Notes: a model not told the origin generated them from the sequence alone. Positions 25,950-34,427 are shown, counted from the first letter of the stretch. The stretch is DNA of 39,089 nt from an uncultured Candidatus Saccharibacteria bacterium (GCA_964605495.1 CAZSCW010000001.1:4843-43931), one strand, 5' to 3'. Made by a program: numbers and translations.

Positions 25950-27902
25950 ATGAACGAAACTCTTCCAAAAATGAACAATGAATTTTCTTATCTACAAGAT
26001 CTTAATCCAGAACAGCAAAGAGCAGTATTGCATATTAACGGACCACTGTTAATTGTTGCTGGTGCAGGAACTGGTAAAACAAAAACATTAACATATCGTA
26101 TACTTCATTTAATTAATAACGGTGTTTCTGCCGAACACATTTTAGCGATTACGTTTACCAATAAAGCAGCAGCAGAAATGCGCGAACGTTTACACAACAT
26201 GTTAGGTGAACATCGGTTAATGCCAATGATGAAAACATTCCATGGGCTGGGTGTGTATATTTTACGAACATTTTATCAAGAGGCAAAACTGCGTAAAGAA
26301 TTTGTGATTATGGACACCACTGATACCACACGGTTGATAAAAGATTGTATGGAGGAATTATCAATTGATCCAAAACAATATGATCCACGTACTATTAAAA
26401 CAATTATTAGTAATGCAAAAAATGCAGGTAAAAATATTTTTGATTTTGAGGCGGATATTTATAATCCAGTAACTGATAATGCGGTTAAAATTTGGCGACT
26501 ATATGAACAAAAAAAACAACTCGAACACGCACTTGATTTTGATGATTTATTAGTAAAAACAAAAGAACTACTGGAAACCAATGTTGAAGTCCGGACTAAA
26601 CTCCAGAATAAATTTAAATACGTACATATTGATGAGTATCAGGATACCAACGAAATCCAATATCAGGTTGCAAAAATACTGGCGGGTACAGCACATAACA
26701 TTTGTGCTGTAGGAGATACGGACCAAAACATTTACAGTTGGCGTGGAGCAAATATCAAAAATATGTTGAATTTCGAACGTGATTTTCCAGGAACAGTAAC
26801 TATATTATTAGAACAAAATTACCGATCAACGAAAAATATTCTATCTGTTGCTGATGCAATCATTACTAAAAATACTTCACGTATTGATAAGACCTTACGT
26901 ACAGAAAAACATGATGGAGAATCGGTAACTGTATTTGTAGGATTGAATGAGGGACATGAGGCACGTTTGGTAGTCAGTGAAATAAAAGATTTGATTAATG
27001 GTGGAATTCCTGCAACAGAAATTGCAATATTGTTCAGAACTCATTTCCAATCACGAGCATTAGAAGAGGCATGTCTGCATGCAGAAATTCCGTATCAGGT
27101 ATTGGGTGTAAAATTCTTTGAACGAAAAGAAATCAAGGATCTGGTGTCCTATATTCGTGCATCGGTAAACCCAGATAGTTTGTCAGATATAAAACGCGTC
27201 ATTAATGAACCAAAGCGCGGTATTGGAAAAGTTGCACTGGCAAAGATTTTTGCAGGGCAGGCTGCTGATCTGTCAGGTGCAGCAGGGGGTGGTTATCGTG
27301 ATTTTCAGAATATTCTACATGATATTAGAAAATTATGTTCGGAAAAAATTCCATCAGAGGTAGTTCGTTATGCAATTCATCGATCAGGAATGTTTACGAT
27401 GTACAGCAATGGATCAGCAGATGAACGTGAACGACTGGAAACGATGGAGGAATTGGTAACGTATGCATTACGCTACGACGATTTTCCAATTGGTGAGGGA
27501 TTACTGCAGATGCTCGAGGATATTTCACTCCTTTCAGAACAGGATAATATTCGTGATGATCGTCCAGCGGTTCGTTTGATGACCGTGCATGCTGCAAAGG
27601 GGCTCGAATTTGATTATGTATTTGTAACAGGAATGGAGCAGGGATTATTTCCACATGCAGGTTATGATCAGAAAAAAGGTAAAGAGGAACAAGAGGAAGA
27701 GCGTAGATTGTTTTATGTGGCGGTAACACGTGCACGAGAACGATTATATTTGTCTCATGCATATGCTCGAACGGTGTATGGTCAACAGAATTTTAATGCA
27801 CCATCTGAATTCCTATCAGATATTCCAGGAACACTTTTGGATTATCCAGATACTGGAGATATTCCTGATGAGCCATTGAAAACTGTATATCTAGAATGGT
27901 AA
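25950..27902 (+). CDS. pcrA: UvrD/PcrA-type ATP-dependent DNA helicase
   Basis: LNPEQQRAV, AGAGTGKTKTLT (Walker A), HIDEYQDTN, QNYRS, VHAAKGLEF, YVAVTRA motifs. Start 25950 or 25971. Confidence 0.9.
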   Translation: MNETLPKMNNEFSYLQDLNPEQQRAVLHINGPLLIVAGAGTGKTKTLTYRILHLINNGVSAEHILAITFTNKAAAEMRERLHNMLGEHRLMPMMKTFHGLGVYILRTFYQEAKLRKEFVIMDTTDTTRLIKDCMEELSIDPKQYDPRTIKTIISNAKNAGKNIFDFEADIYNPVTDNAVKIWRLYEQKKQLEHALDFDDLLVKTKELLETNVEVRTKLQNKFKYVHIDEYQDTNEIQYQVAKILAGTAHNICAVGDTDQNIYSWRGANIKNMLNFERDFPGTVTILLEQNYRSTKNILSVADAIITKNTSRIDKTLRTEKHDGESVTVFVGLNEGHEARLVVSEIKDLINGGIPATEIAILFRTHFQSRALEEACLHAEIPYQVLGVKFFERKEIKDLVSYIRASVNPDSLSDIKRVINEPKRGIGKVALAKIFAGQAADLSGAAGGGYRDFQNILHDIRKLCSEKIPSEVVRYAIHRSGMFTMYSNGSADERERLETMEELVTYALRYDDFPIGEGLLQMLEDISLLSEQDNIRDDRPAVRLMTVHAAKGLEFDYVFVTGMEQGLFPHAGYDQKKGKEEQEEERRLFYVAVTRARERLYLSHAYARTVYGQQNFNAPSEFLSDIPGTLLDYPDTGDIPDEPLKTVYLEW

Positions 27903-27904
27903 AC

Positions 27905-27939
27905 AAAAACAACTCAAAATGAGTTGTTTTTGTTTTTTT
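27905..27939 (+). terminator. terminator after pcrA
   Basis: AAAAACAACTC aaaat GAGTTGTTTTT followed by a T-run. Confidence 0.8.
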
Positions 27940-27940
27940 G

Positions 27941-28011
27941 TGCGGCGTAAGGGAATCGAACCCTTATCTACTGCTTGGAAGGCAGTCATTCTACCACTAA
28001 ACTAACACCGC
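27941..28011 (-). tRNA. tRNA-Gly(TCC)
   Basis: The reverse complement folds as acceptor GCGGTGT/ACGCCGC, anticodon arm ACTGC-CTTCCAA-GCAGT, T-arm AAGGG-TTCGATT-CCCTT. No encoded CCA. Confidence 0.9.
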
Positions 28012-28063
28012 AATAAGGCTATCATAACAGATTATATATTTTTATCAAGTAGTTTTTTGCATG

Positions 28064-28161
28064 TAAAAACCCCTACCAAAGTAGGGGTTCCGGCTAACCA
28101 GGCCGTCTCTATAAAAAAAGATTTCTATCAGGAGTATAGAATAATCAATTAAATAGGTCAA
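28064..28161 (-). ncRNA. candidate minus-strand sRNA unit
   Basis: Minus-strand TTGACC(28161-28156)-17 nt-TATACT(28138-28133), then ~55 nt, then the hairpin AACCCCTAC/GTAGGGGTT (28068-28089) with a short U tail. Confidence 0.3.
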
Positions 28162-28172
28162 TATAGTAACAT

Positions 28173-28199
28173 AAAACCACCGGTCTCGACGGTGGTTTT
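28173..28199 (-). terminator. terminator after the HU gene
   Basis: AAAACCACCG gtctcga CGGTGGTTTT. Confidence 0.7.
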
Positions 28200-28207
28200 A
28201 TAAAAGA

Positions 28208-28480
28208 CTATTTAACTGCGTCTTTGAAAGCTTTAGCAGCTCGGAATTTTGGAACCGTAGTTGCAGCAACTTTTACTTGTTCTCCAGTTTTTGGATTGCG
28301 CGCCATTCGTGCAGGGCGAGCTTTTGCAGAGAAGATTCCAAGTCCAGCCAATGATACTTCTTCACCTTTTTTCAAAGTTGAAATGATAGCATCAATAATT
28401 GATTGTACTACTTCTTCTGATTGAACTTTTGTTCCACCAATTTTTTCGTGGATCATTTCTGCAAGTGCTTGTTTATTCAT
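28208..28480 (-). CDS. hup: HU-family DNA-binding protein
   Basis: MNKQALAEMIHEKIGG...GLGIFSAKARPARMARNPKTGEQVKVAATTVPKFRAAKAFKDAV. Start at 28480. Confidence 0.9.
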   Translation of the reverse strand: MNKQALAEMIHEKIGGTKVQSEEVVQSIIDAIISTLKKGEEVSLAGLGIFSAKARPARMARNPKTGEQVKVAATTVPKFRAAKAFKDAVK

Positions 28481-28692
28481 AGGGCTAAAAGAGTGAATCG
28501 CTATCAATGCATTGATAGGCAATTCGATTACATAATAATGCTCTAGAGCCTCTGAAAATCCTATTTGAGTAGAATTTTCGAAAGACCCTTATAGTATAGG
28601 TTATTTTCCATATATAAGGAAATATTGACAAATTCTATTAAATAATTATAATTTTACAGGAAAATCGATTCATTCATTAAAAACAAACAGAT

Positions 28693-29112
28693 ATGTTAGC
28701 ATCTATCAGATCAAAAATTCCCTTTTTAAAAAGTAAAAAGCTTCCCAAAGAAGACAAGAACTTAAAACCAGAAACAAAAGTAATCTCAATGAGAATACTT
28801 AACAAAGACCGAAATGTTGAAATTCTAAAGGATAAAATTTCATTTGAAATAGAAAACGATAAAAATTCACCCAAAAATGAATTATCGTTATTCTACAATA
28901 TCCTTTTGAAAGAACAAAAGAAAGATTTTGAAAAAGGTGATATAAAATTAGTTGAATCGTTTAATATCATACCTAATAAAGAAAAAACTGCCAAAGTTGA
29001 CATCACTATCACTAATAAAAGTTTTACAAAAATTAAAACAGATCATGACATTAGGGAATTGTTGAGTAAAATTTTGGTAATAAAAACAAGGTTCGAACAT
29101 GGAAAGCACTAA
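28693..29112 (+). CDS. hypothetical K-rich protein
   Basis: 139-aa ORF behind TTGACA(28625)-16 nt-TATAAT. Confidence 0.5.
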   Translation: MLASIRSKIPFLKSKKLPKEDKNLKPETKVISMRILNKDRNVEILKDKISFEIENDKNSPKNELSLFYNILLKEQKKDFEKGDIKLVESFNIIPNKEKTAKVDITITNKSFTKIKTDHDIRELLSKILVIKTRFEHGKH

Positions 29113-29242
29113 GCCAAGAAAACAATCTGACTGGGATCGCAAGAAAAAACCTGTCAAAAAAGTTGAAGAAAAACCAAAAAACCCTCATCACAAGGGCAGA
29201 AAACAGAAATACGTGCGACATTTAAATCTCCGCAAAAAATAA
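29099..29242 (+). CDS. possible 47-aa very basic small protein
   Basis: Hand-translated MESTKPRKQSDWDRKKKPVKKVEEKPKNPHHKGRKQKYVRHLNLRKK*. Its ATG overlaps the end of the preceding ORF. Followed by a terminator at 29253-29288. Confidence 0.25.
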   Translation: MESTKPRKQSDWDRKKKPVKKVEEKPKNPHHKGRKQKYVRHLNLRKK

Positions 29243-29306
29243 CATATATAGTAACAACCTAATCCACGGATTAGGTTGTTTTATTTTTGTGATATAATAA
29301 TCAAGT

Positions 29307-29522
29307 ATGGCATTTAACCCTAACAAACCACCTAAAAAAACAAATGGAAAAGAAATTATTGGAACTATTGATTTGAATAGTGCTGAAATGCGCAAGGAAA
29401 CTCCACAACAACGCGCAGAACGGGCTCGACTTGAAAAAGAAAATGGAGTAAAAGCGAACGTGTATAAGGATCGTACAAAATACGATCGAAATACCAAGCA
29501 TAAGAAAAATAAATTTGATTAA
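29307..29522 (+). CDS. hypothetical basic 71-aa protein
   Basis: ORF with its own TATAAT and terminators on both sides (29253-29288, 29521-29545). Confidence 0.5.
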   Translation: MAFNPNKPPKKTNGKEIIGTIDLNSAEMRKETPQQRAERARLEKENGVKANVYKDRTKYDRNTKHKKNKFD

Positions 29523-29570
29523 AAACCACGTTTTACGTGGTTTTTGTTTTTATGATATAATCAACATATT

Positions 29571-30335
29571 ATGCAAGAGCGAATCAAAAAATTTCTCCAG
29601 GATATTGGCCTTTCTGAAAAAGAGGCAGCCGTGTATCTGTCGTTACTATCAGTAGACAGTGCATCTGTAATTGAACTTTCAAAATCAACTGATATCAATC
29701 GAACAACATTATATCCAATTTTGGACGATTTGATTGCAAAAAAACTCGTTGTTGAGATAAAGCACGATAAAAAGGTTCGTTTTCAAGCAGAACCACCAGA
29801 ACGCATTGAAACATATGTTCAAAATCGAAAAAATCAGTTAGAGGAACAGGAAAAAGTGTTAGAGGATATTATTCCACAAATGCGTGGGTTTTCACGACAA
29901 ACAGGCGAAAAGCCGATTGTTAAAATATACGAAGGTCACGATGGAATATTGGATGCCATGAGTGATTATTATGAATTTTTAGGTAAAGATCAGGATGCAT
30001 ATTTAGTGTATTCACGAGATCTTATTGAATCTGCATTTTCAAAAAAGGAATTGGAACAAATAAAACAGAAGCGTTTAGGTAAAAATATTCCAGCAAGTGC
30101 AATTTATACGAAGAGCGATGGAGACTATACAACAGAATTGTCACCAAATCAGTTGCGAGTTGATGCTGAAAAATATCCAATTTTGGCAGATATTGCTGTG
30201 CTAGGTGACAGGGTTCGATTCATTACATTAAAACGAAATCTATCTGCTATTTTAATTAAGAACCAGGATATTGCTGAAACATTACAAAGCTTGATTAAAT
30301 TGGTATTAGATTCGCAAAATAATAACCGCACATAA
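29571..30335 (+). CDS. TrmB-like winged-helix transcriptional regulator (paralog 1)
   Basis: N-terminal LQDIGLSEKEAAVYLSLLSVDSASVIELSKSTDINRTTLYPILDDLIAKKLV, TrmB-type wHTH. ~170-aa C-domain. Confidence 0.8.
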   Translation: MQERIKKFLQDIGLSEKEAAVYLSLLSVDSASVIELSKSTDINRTTLYPILDDLIAKKLVVEIKHDKKVRFQAEPPERIETYVQNRKNQLEEQEKVLEDIIPQMRGFSRQTGEKPIVKIYEGHDGILDAMSDYYEFLGKDQDAYLVYSRDLIESAFSKKELEQIKQKRLGKNIPASAIYTKSDGDYTTELSPNQLRVDAEKYPILADIAVLGDRVRFITLKRNLSAILIKNQDIAETLQSLIKLVLDSQNNNRT

Positions 30336-30352
30336 AAGTGCGGTTATAGTGT

Positions 30353-30659
30353 GGAAAAGTTCTCGATAGCAAATAAATATATTAAATACATGATTTGTTT
30401 TTGCTTTTCGATCGTAATGGTGATTAACCCCTTGGGTTGGTGTGAAGGCGCTGGTACATATTGCTATGCCAGTTTTCTGAGGCCTTCACACCGGACGCGG
30501 TTAATGGTCCATAAGTAGATCTGTTCTAAAGAATTTACGTCAACTCAAGTTGTTTTTACGTTGAGCTGGTTGTTGTCATCTTTTTCTAATCAGAAACCTG
30601 ATTAGAAGTAATGACTTTTCCGAACGTTTGATGATCTACCGAGAACTTTCTCGTTTTTT
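30353..30659 (+). ncRNA. candidate ~300-nt structured RNA
   Basis: - No ORF.
- 30353-30369 pairs with 30636-30652 (14 WC + 1 GU of 17).
- Internal perfect stems are GGTGTGAAGGC/GCCTTCACACC (30439-49 / 30482-92) and TTCTAATCAG-aaac-CTGATTAGAA (30584-30607).
- T6 at 30654-59. Confidence 0.4.
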
Positions 30660-30930
30660 GGTTGCTTAGTGTCCCATTTTTCATTGTTAATTTTTAAAGA
30701 ATTGATTTACCTACCAAGTATAGCAGATTCTAAAAATATGTCAAGCTTTTTGCAAAAATAGTCTATCTTTTTCGTCAGGGTAGGCTTTTTTGTAATAATT
30801 TTAATTTTTTCCATTAAATATTTTTATAGAAATATGTCAAATTTTAGTATATTTTGTCTATTTAAAACAACAAAATATCCTTTATTTATAATGATTAATA
30901 TAGTTATCCACAGTTTTATGTCGAAATGAT

Positions 30931-30959
30931 TTGACAAAATATAATGAATCTGCTATACT
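30931..30959 (+). promoter_or_regulatory. strong sigma70-type promoter firing into the noncoding rsr leader
   Basis: TTGACA-17 nt-TATACT. A perfect DnaA box TTATCCACA sits at 30904-30912 just upstream. Confidence 0.6.
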
Positions 30960-31181
30960 GCAATTAAGAACGTGAGATACAGTCATGTTCAATACCGCGA
31001 GATACATAAAAACTGTTTAATTCTTTAGACAGACTCTTGAAACCAAGTCCACTTGATATCAGCCATATGGTTGGTATCTGGAATAGTTGGAATCAGGTAC
31101 GTCACCGAATGACGTTAAATGTCGGCGCAATCATATGCGATATTGAATAATTCTTTTACAAAAAAATAAAACTATATAACT

Positions 31182-31349
31182 ATGCCAAAAACACCGAAAG
31201 ATATCTGGAAATTAACAGTTGCCCTACTGGACCAAAACGGCTTTACCACTCGTGGTGAAAAGAAAAAAGACGCACAGAAGAAAAAGAAGCAATTCTTTTT
31301 TGAAAAGCGATTACTTACTAATCCGGTTGGGAATGGAAAACACCGTTAA
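31182..31349 (+). CDS. possible 55-aa basic small protein in the leader
   Basis: Hand-translated MPKTPKDIWKLTVALLDQNGFTTRGEKKKDAQKKKKQFFFEKRLLTNPVGNGKHR*. No clear RBS. Confidence 0.25.
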   Translation: MPKTPKDIWKLTVALLDQNGFTTRGEKKKDAQKKKKQFFFEKRLLTNPVGNGKHR

Positions 31350-31399
31350 GTTACCATCTGTCTCTCTTGCAGGTTTTGGCGTAGCCAAAGAGAATGTTC

Positions 31400-31474
31400 A
31401 TAATCGTAACTGATTATGATCTTTATCCAGATTATGAAGCAATTCATAGTTTGGTAGAGATGTTCTTTCAAAAA
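31400..31474 (+). ncRNA. A-type RNA module, copy A1 (variant)
   Basis: Small hairpin ATAATC/GATTAT, then CTTTATCCAGATTATGAAG-caat-TCATAGTTTGGTAGAG, then tail ATGTTCTTTCAAAA. Confidence 0.5.
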
Positions 31475-31547
31475 TCTTGAAAGGAATATCCCCAGCATCA
31501 TTTATAAAACGGAGATGGTGTTTGGAATATTCCTTTCGAGGAGAAAA
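31475..31547 (+). ncRNA. C-type RNA module, copy C1
   Basis: TCTTGAAAGGAATATCC ... GGAATATTCCTTTCGAGGAGAAAA, a ~16-bp stem. Confidence 0.5.
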
Positions 31548-31811
31548 ACAATAGGCTGGTGTCAGGACCACAACATCTCTGAATTTACATTCGAACTAAA
31601 TCGGATATAAATGTGGGATTGTTTGCAGAAATATTAAAAAATAATTCTTTGATAAGAGAAAGTAGGAAGATGCAAGAGCTTAGTCATTTCGACTATGTAT
31701 CGTCTATCCTATGATCCGCCTTTCTGATCAAAAGGTTTCAAATTTCTTGGCAGGGTATTACAACTATATCCTTATCTATAAGCATGACGATGTGAAATGG
31801 TAAAATTTTTC

Positions 31812-31921
31812 GGGAAATTGTTTTGCAATCGAGCAAAACAATTTCCCTTCTTATCAGGATCATAACTAATACAAAAAGTTATGGTTCTGTAGGAAGTAAT
31901 GGTCCTACTGTTCTTTTAAAA
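31812..31921 (+). ncRNA. A-type RNA module, copy A2
   Basis: Perfect 15-bp hairpin GGGAAATTGTTTTGC/GCAAAACAATTTCCC, then TTCTTATCAGGATCATAA-13 nt-TTATGGTTCTGTAGGAAG, then tail ...CTGTTCTTTTAAAA. Confidence 0.55.
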
Positions 31922-32692
31922 ATTGTTCACCAAACCGTTCTGCTTCTCAACCTGTGTTGTCGCGCAGGGCCATTATCCGTAAGGATATGGCGTTCCCTTG
32001 GATCTACTTGTCGCTGACTATTATTTCCCGGCTTGGAAATGATGGAAGACTACCTATCCGAGGTTACTTCGCAAATCTAACAAATAAAATTATGTTTTAC
32101 TGTTGGTGGATTCTCAATTCTCGACCAGAGGATTGTAGGGTTTACCAACGCAAACCGAGAAGCAGAGGGTGTGACTACCTGGGGCGGTTACCCAAACAGT
32201 CCAAGCGTTAGCAATCTTGATTATTATTTTCTTTATCATGCATTCCCATCAACCAGGAAGCCAATGTTTCAAAAAGAAACGTTGGCTTCTATCATCGGGA
32301 ATGATATGTTAGGAAAATAATTTTCAAGTCGTTTGGAATGATCATGTGCGCAGTGATTGTTCGAACCAAAGGTTGGTACTCCTTTGGAAGTTGTTAGGAT
32401 GATTCAGGAAATTCTTCTAGAGCTATTCAATGGTCTGGCCGGACTATTGATAGACGTGAAGGGTTTCCTGACATCCGAAATGTCCCGGCACTATGTCAGG
32501 ACAGTTACCTTATTCGCCTCTTGTCGCTTGATCTTTGATTTCTATACCAATAGAGAGAAAAGAAACGACTGCAGAATTAGGTTACTTCGCAGAAAAGTCT
32601 TTTTATTTCGGCGGGGATCCTGTTCCGTACAGACGATACCGCCAGGCCTTGGGATTGAACATAATGTTCAATCCCTTCTTATCAGGATCATA
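31879..32692 (+). ncRNA. ~0.8-kb ORF-poor, highly structured segment between modules A2 and A3
   Basis: Multiple long stems:
- 32244-32300: CATTCCC...GGAAGCCAATGTTTC-aaaaa-GAAACGTTGGCTTC...GGGAATG
- CCTGACAT/ATGTCAGG at 32467-32499
- long-range TCTGCTTCTC (31939-48) pairing with GAGAAGCAGA (32156-65). Confidence 0.4.
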
Positions 32693-32728
32693 AAGTAATT
32701 TGTGATTCTGTAGGAATTTGTTCTTTGA
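32651..32728 (+). ncRNA. A-type RNA module, copy A3 (immediately upstream of rsr)
   Basis: GGGATTGAAC-ataat-GTTCAATCCC, then TTCTTATCAGGATCATAA-loop-TGTGATTCTGTAGGAA, then tail TTTGTTCTTTGA. Confidence 0.55.
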
Positions 32729-32758
32729 TTTTAAAATAATTCTGTTGCTGACGATTTG

Positions 32759-32813
32759 TTTATTTGGTGAAAAAGGGGGTTAAATCACATGTGACTCTCT
32801 TTCACCAAATAAA
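32759..32813 (+). promoter_or_regulatory. perfect 14-bp hairpin ending 9 nt before the rsr ATG
   Basis: TTTATTTGGTGAAA (32759-72) pairs with TTTCACCAAATAAA (32800-13). The 27-nt loop contains AAGGGGG. Confidence 0.5.
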
Positions 32814-32822
32814 ATTTCGTCT

Positions 32823-34427
32823 ATGACTACTATACATACTATTACCGCTGCTTTTGCTGGAAGATCTACAGAATCATCTCATGTTAATCATGCAGGTGGT
32901 ACATCTTTCAGAAGATCCTTGTGGGAACAACTCCTACAAGTACTCAGCACGAATACCTTGAGTGATACATTTTATGTGAAGAAGGAGCAGCTTGCTTCGG
33001 AAACCATAGATGTGATCATGGAGGCTCGTGAAAAAGATCACCGTTTCCTCGCACAAGCAATTGTGTGGGCGCGTAGAGATGGTTTAATGAAATTGGTTCC
33101 GACACTTGCTCTCGCGATTCTTTCTGGAAAGAAAGGTATCGAGCCGCAATTGTTTTTGAACACGTTTCAGCAAACAATCTTGACGCCGGATGATCTCCGC
33201 ACATTCGTTTCAATCATCAAGTCTGGTGTAGTGCCAGGCAGAAGAGGAATTGGTGGAGTGGTGCGCGATGCTGTTCGTACTTGGATGGGTGGTATTTCCG
33301 AATATCATGCTGTTAAGTACGGCTCGGTTAATTCCGATGGAGTTACACTCCGCGACATCTTGCGCCTGACTCACCCGAAACCATCTTCTGATGTGTTGAA
33401 CGAGCGTTTTGGATGGCTTGCAGGTTCGCGCAAGGGAGACCTTACGTTGAATCCGCAGATTTTGTCATTGGAAAAATTGAAGCGTGCAACAACCGAAGAA
33501 GAGATAGTTCAATTGGTTCGCCAAGGAAGACTACCCTACGAGGTTGTGGTGCCGTCAGTTCCGAAGATGACAAAGGCTGTGTGGGCCGAGCTGTTACGAC
33601 AAGCTCCGTACATGAACCTACTTCGAAACTTACGTTCGTTCCGCGAACATGGAGTTTTTGAAGACCAGGCAAATGTCGAGTACGTTGTTGGCAGACTCAC
33701 CGATCCGCGTGCGGTTGAGGCAAGTCGAGTATTACCATTCCGCTTTTTTGATGCGTTAAAAGCTTTCACATTCACCTCTGCACCCGACATGCAGATACGT
33801 GATGCGATAGCGAGCGGGCTTGAATTGTCATTTGTGAATCTTCCGAATTTCGGTTCGGAGACACATGTGACAATTGGTTCAGATGTCAGTGGTTCAATGT
33901 CATCTTATTCAATCTCTGAAAAGAGCGAGACTAAGTGCATTGATATCTGTGGTGTCTTTACCGGAGCTCTCTTAAAACGTAGCGAAAATGTACTTACACT
34001 TCCATTCGAGGGACATGTTGTACATTTGCCACTTTCAAAGCACGACAGCATCGCTGAAACGGCTCGAAAGATTGCAAGTGTGCGAGGTGGTTCCACAGCG
34101 GTTGGTGCACCAATACAATACCTGCTTGATCGTAAGATTAAGACAGATGTATTCATTGGTATCACTGACAACGAGGATTGGGCATATGGATCAGGACACG
34201 CAGTGTCAGGTAAATTTTACGACTTGTGGTTACGCTACAAGAAGGAAATTAACCCAAATGCGAAAGCATTTCTGGTAACCATTCTCCCATACCGCGACGC
34301 TGTAGCCCCTGAGGGCTCGGATGTTCATTTCATCTACGGATGGAGTGAGAAGGTATTGAATTATATTGCTTTGAAAATATCTACAGGCGCGAGTCAGGTA
34401 GATAAGATCAGAACGATAGAAGTTTGA
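32823..34427 (+). CDS. rsr: Ro60-related protein Rsr (TROVE domain + vWA domain)
   Basis: 534 aa. N-terminal NHAGGTSF...LSDTFY and ...AQAIVWARRDGLMKLVPTLALAIL match the TROVE pattern of Ro60/Rsr. The C-terminal vWA has the MIDAS motif DVSGSM. Visibly higher G+C than its neighbours. Confidence 0.85.
   Translation: MTTIHTITAAFAGRSTESSHVNHAGGTSFRRSLWEQLLQVLSTNTLSDTFYVKKEQLASETIDVIMEAREKDHRFLAQAIVWARRDGLMKLVPTLALAILSGKKGIEPQLFLNTFQQTILTPDDLRTFVSIIKSGVVPGRRGIGGVVRDAVRTWMGGISEYHAVKYGSVNSDGVTLRDILRLTHPKPSSDVLNERFGWLAGSRKGDLTLNPQILSLEKLKRATTEEEIVQLVRQGRLPYEVVVPSVPKMTKAVWAELLRQAPYMNLLRNLRSFREHGVFEDQANVEYVVGRLTDPRAVEASRVLPFRFFDALKAFTFTSAPDMQIRDAIASGLELSFVNLPNFGSETHVTIGSDVSGSMSSYSISEKSETKCIDICGVFTGALLKRSENVLTLPFEGHVVHLPLSKHDSIAETARKIASVRGGSTAVGAPIQYLLDRKIKTDVFIGITDNEDWAYGSGHAVSGKFYDLWLRYKKEINPNAKAFLVTILPYRDAVAPEGSDVHFIYGWSEKVLNYIALKISTGASQVDKIRTIEV

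Noticed and set aside
27862-27885. CTGATGAG inside pcrA (and the reverse-strand CTGATGAG near 1290) as extra hammerheads
   Set aside because: No stem II followed by GAAA is present and no stem I/III partners exist. Both lie inside well-supported coding sequence.
31097-31160. Pistol-ribozyme-like arrangement (hairpin ACGUCA/UGACGU, then UAAAUG, a loop-complementary UCGG, and a second hairpin CGCA/UGCG)
   Set aside because: The resemblance is topological only. The conserved G-U cleavage dinucleotide and linker are missing, it is a single copy with no covariation support, and my memory of the consensus is imperfect.
32355-32400. tRNA-like T-loop (GTTCGAACC) that might mark a YrlA-type tRNA mimic
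   Set aside because: Only a 3-bp T-stem can form. The adjacent bases are used in a stronger CCAAAGG/CCTTTGG hairpin. No D-arm or acceptor-like elements are seen.
31219-32698. ORFs 31219..31413, 31823..32017, 31954..32211 and 32357..32698 as protein genes
   Set aside because: - Several use non-ATG starts and lack an RBS.
- They have odd R/C/L-rich composition and overlap one another.
- They are cut across by repeated hairpin modules whose stems covary.

I treat them as noncoding.
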